DNA of 64,000 nucleotides from Paragordius varius. Taxonomy: Eukaryota > Animalia > Nematomorpha. Location of the stretch: NCBI GenBank assembly GCA_964247055.1, contig OZ176050.1:10540001-10604000 (forward strand). The letters run 5' to 3'. Positions 62,201 to 64,000 of this stretch are shown piece after piece (position 1 is the first letter of the stretch; each line of letters begins with the position of its first letter). The notes under the pieces are model-generated. The model searched no databases. It was not told where the DNA came from and saw only the letters and a program-made list of their open reading frames with translations. Position numbers and translations under genes: made by a program.

Positions 62201-64000
62201 GATAATGAAATAGCCAATAATAGCTCTCGTTACTGTATAAAGAATTCAATGATCGCATAACTAATTAAAGAACTTCTAAAATTATATATACAGTAATGTG
62301 ACCAGGTTTTTAAACTTTGACGCAGTACAAAATCAAAACATACTTTCCCTGTTTTTACACCATCAGAATATATTACACAGTTTCCACATAAAATATCTAG
62401 TATCATGGTGTTTTTGGTTTTAGGTGTGGGCTCTGAAAGTCCCAATTTTTTGGCTTTTTTAAAATGAATTGTTCTGTTAAAATAAAATCAAATTTCCGAC
62501 ATTGTGCAGAATAATTTTATATATATCCTAAATTTAGTCGACTAAATATATTAAAATAATGCATAATTTCAAAATTAAATTTTTAACAAAATTTTGTTTG
62601 AGCGTACACACTATTTTGAGTTGATGGTAATGATATAAACGGTTGGATACCATTTATATATATTTCGATAATGCTAAACATTTTTTTCACTCAGAATTTT
62701 GATTAAAATATTGCTTCGTTTTCAAATTTATGTTAAATAAAAATTGTGTTGTTTTACTAAAATTCAGCCATCGCAAGCAAACAAACCTTTAATTTAAATA
62801 TCTCCACCTATAATAACAACATTAACGAATTATTCAAAAAAGGGTTGTATTATATCTTAAAGCGTACCGTTTCCATCATTTCAAAATAGTTTGATGTAAG
62901 CCTCAATAAAAATTCGTTAATGCAAAAAAATAAAAAAACTAATAAAAATTAGAGTTTAGGAAAAAATTAAGAAATATCATACCTCCCACTTAATAAGTAT
63001 GGAAAAGGTAAAAACTCTAAATTTTTTAATACTAAAAAAAAGGTTATTTCGCCCCATACATAATATATTTTATATAATAGTTACGGGATATAACAAAAAT
63101 GAACTTTATAAACTTGATCAAACATTTATTAAAATATCATAAATTATTTTGTTATTGAATTTTGAGGCACCTCTTTTTGCGGAAGCCCTGAGTTACAGAG
63201 CCATTAGCCTGAATCTTACGGTAAAATCCGAGATTTATAGAGCGCGAACTAAATCATAATCGGTTAGACTGATACAAAATCTTATCTTATGTATAATTCG
63301 AGGAGAAAATAAAATATTAACCAATTAAAAATGGGCCAATCTTAGTTTTTTACCGCAAAATAAACCATTTCTTTACAAATTATGGGTTTATCTTCACGGG
63401 CACTTTAAATATAATATTTTTTTTAATAAATAAAAGGTTATTTATAGTTATAAAATAATATTTTTTAATTTCAAAAAGCAGTACAAAAGAGCCGCAGTAC
63501 ACACGCAGTTTTCCGAAAATCCAGTACTGTACTGCGAAAAACAGCCTATCTGGTCACATTAGCATATAGCAAAAGTAGTGTTTAATTATATAAACCAATA
63601 TTTTATATAAAATACTATTTATAAATTATTTGATGTCTACGATTTTAATTTAATACTGCACAACTCAGTATTTTCTCTATTCGCATCTGCAGGATCATTT
63701 GCGGATAATTTTGTGAGATTTTACACCTCTGCAACTGTTTATTACCCACCATTCTATCTTACTAGTTTCCCCTTACCATATCTTCTAAATAATTAAGTTT
63801 TTGTTCCCGCAGTGTTATATGAGCATTAATTTTATTTGTCAGAGTCTGCCCATGTTATTCTAAATTACACAACATCTTTTTTATTTCAAATTTCACTACA
63901 ACGTGATTGGTATTAAAGCGTTTGACAATCCTAATTTGCTTTTTAGATGTGTATTAAAGGATTTTGATATCTGAGTTAGAACATCATCTGTTTATTATTA

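Noticed and set aside
1-64000. tRNA, rRNA or snRNA genes
   Set aside because: None recognised by eye. A covariance-model scan (tRNAscan-SE, Infernal) would be needed to exclude them.

Overview
Very AT-rich, intron-containing animal DNA: it encodes a Na/K-ATPase beta subunit, an SH2-iSH2-SH2 PI3K regulatory subunit and a receptor tyrosine kinase. It is not prokaryotic, so most short ORFs in the supplied track are noise or exon and transposon fragments. Five genes can be spliced by hand into complete, in-phase reading frames: Na+/K+-ATPase beta (+, 2977-8142), a Ser-rich coiled-coil protein (+, 20740-29722), a Tie/FGFR-like tyrosine kinase with a very short ectodomain (+, 39339-43343), a p55/p60-type PI3K regulatory subunit (-, 59025-49207) and an endosulfine/ARPP19 gene (+, 59064-59646). 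There is also a STELLO/DUF288-like glycosyltransferase (5' end unresolved) and a decayed intron-containing PSMD7 copy. The rest is mostly transposon DNA: three related Helitrons (one with an inverted, duplicated Rep region), RTE LINEs, four mariner relics, hAT, Gypsy, and piggyBac-like and PIF-like MITEs. The most striking signal is a set of GT-AG micro-introns of 22, 22, 28 and 29 nt. One is fixed by the invariant endosulfine motif LQKG|QKYFDSGDY. They sit in the same window as transposon-filled introns of 1-6 kb, and in two genes the two size classes occur together. Gene identities come from remembered family motifs, not database searches, and the species cannot be determined from the sequence alone.
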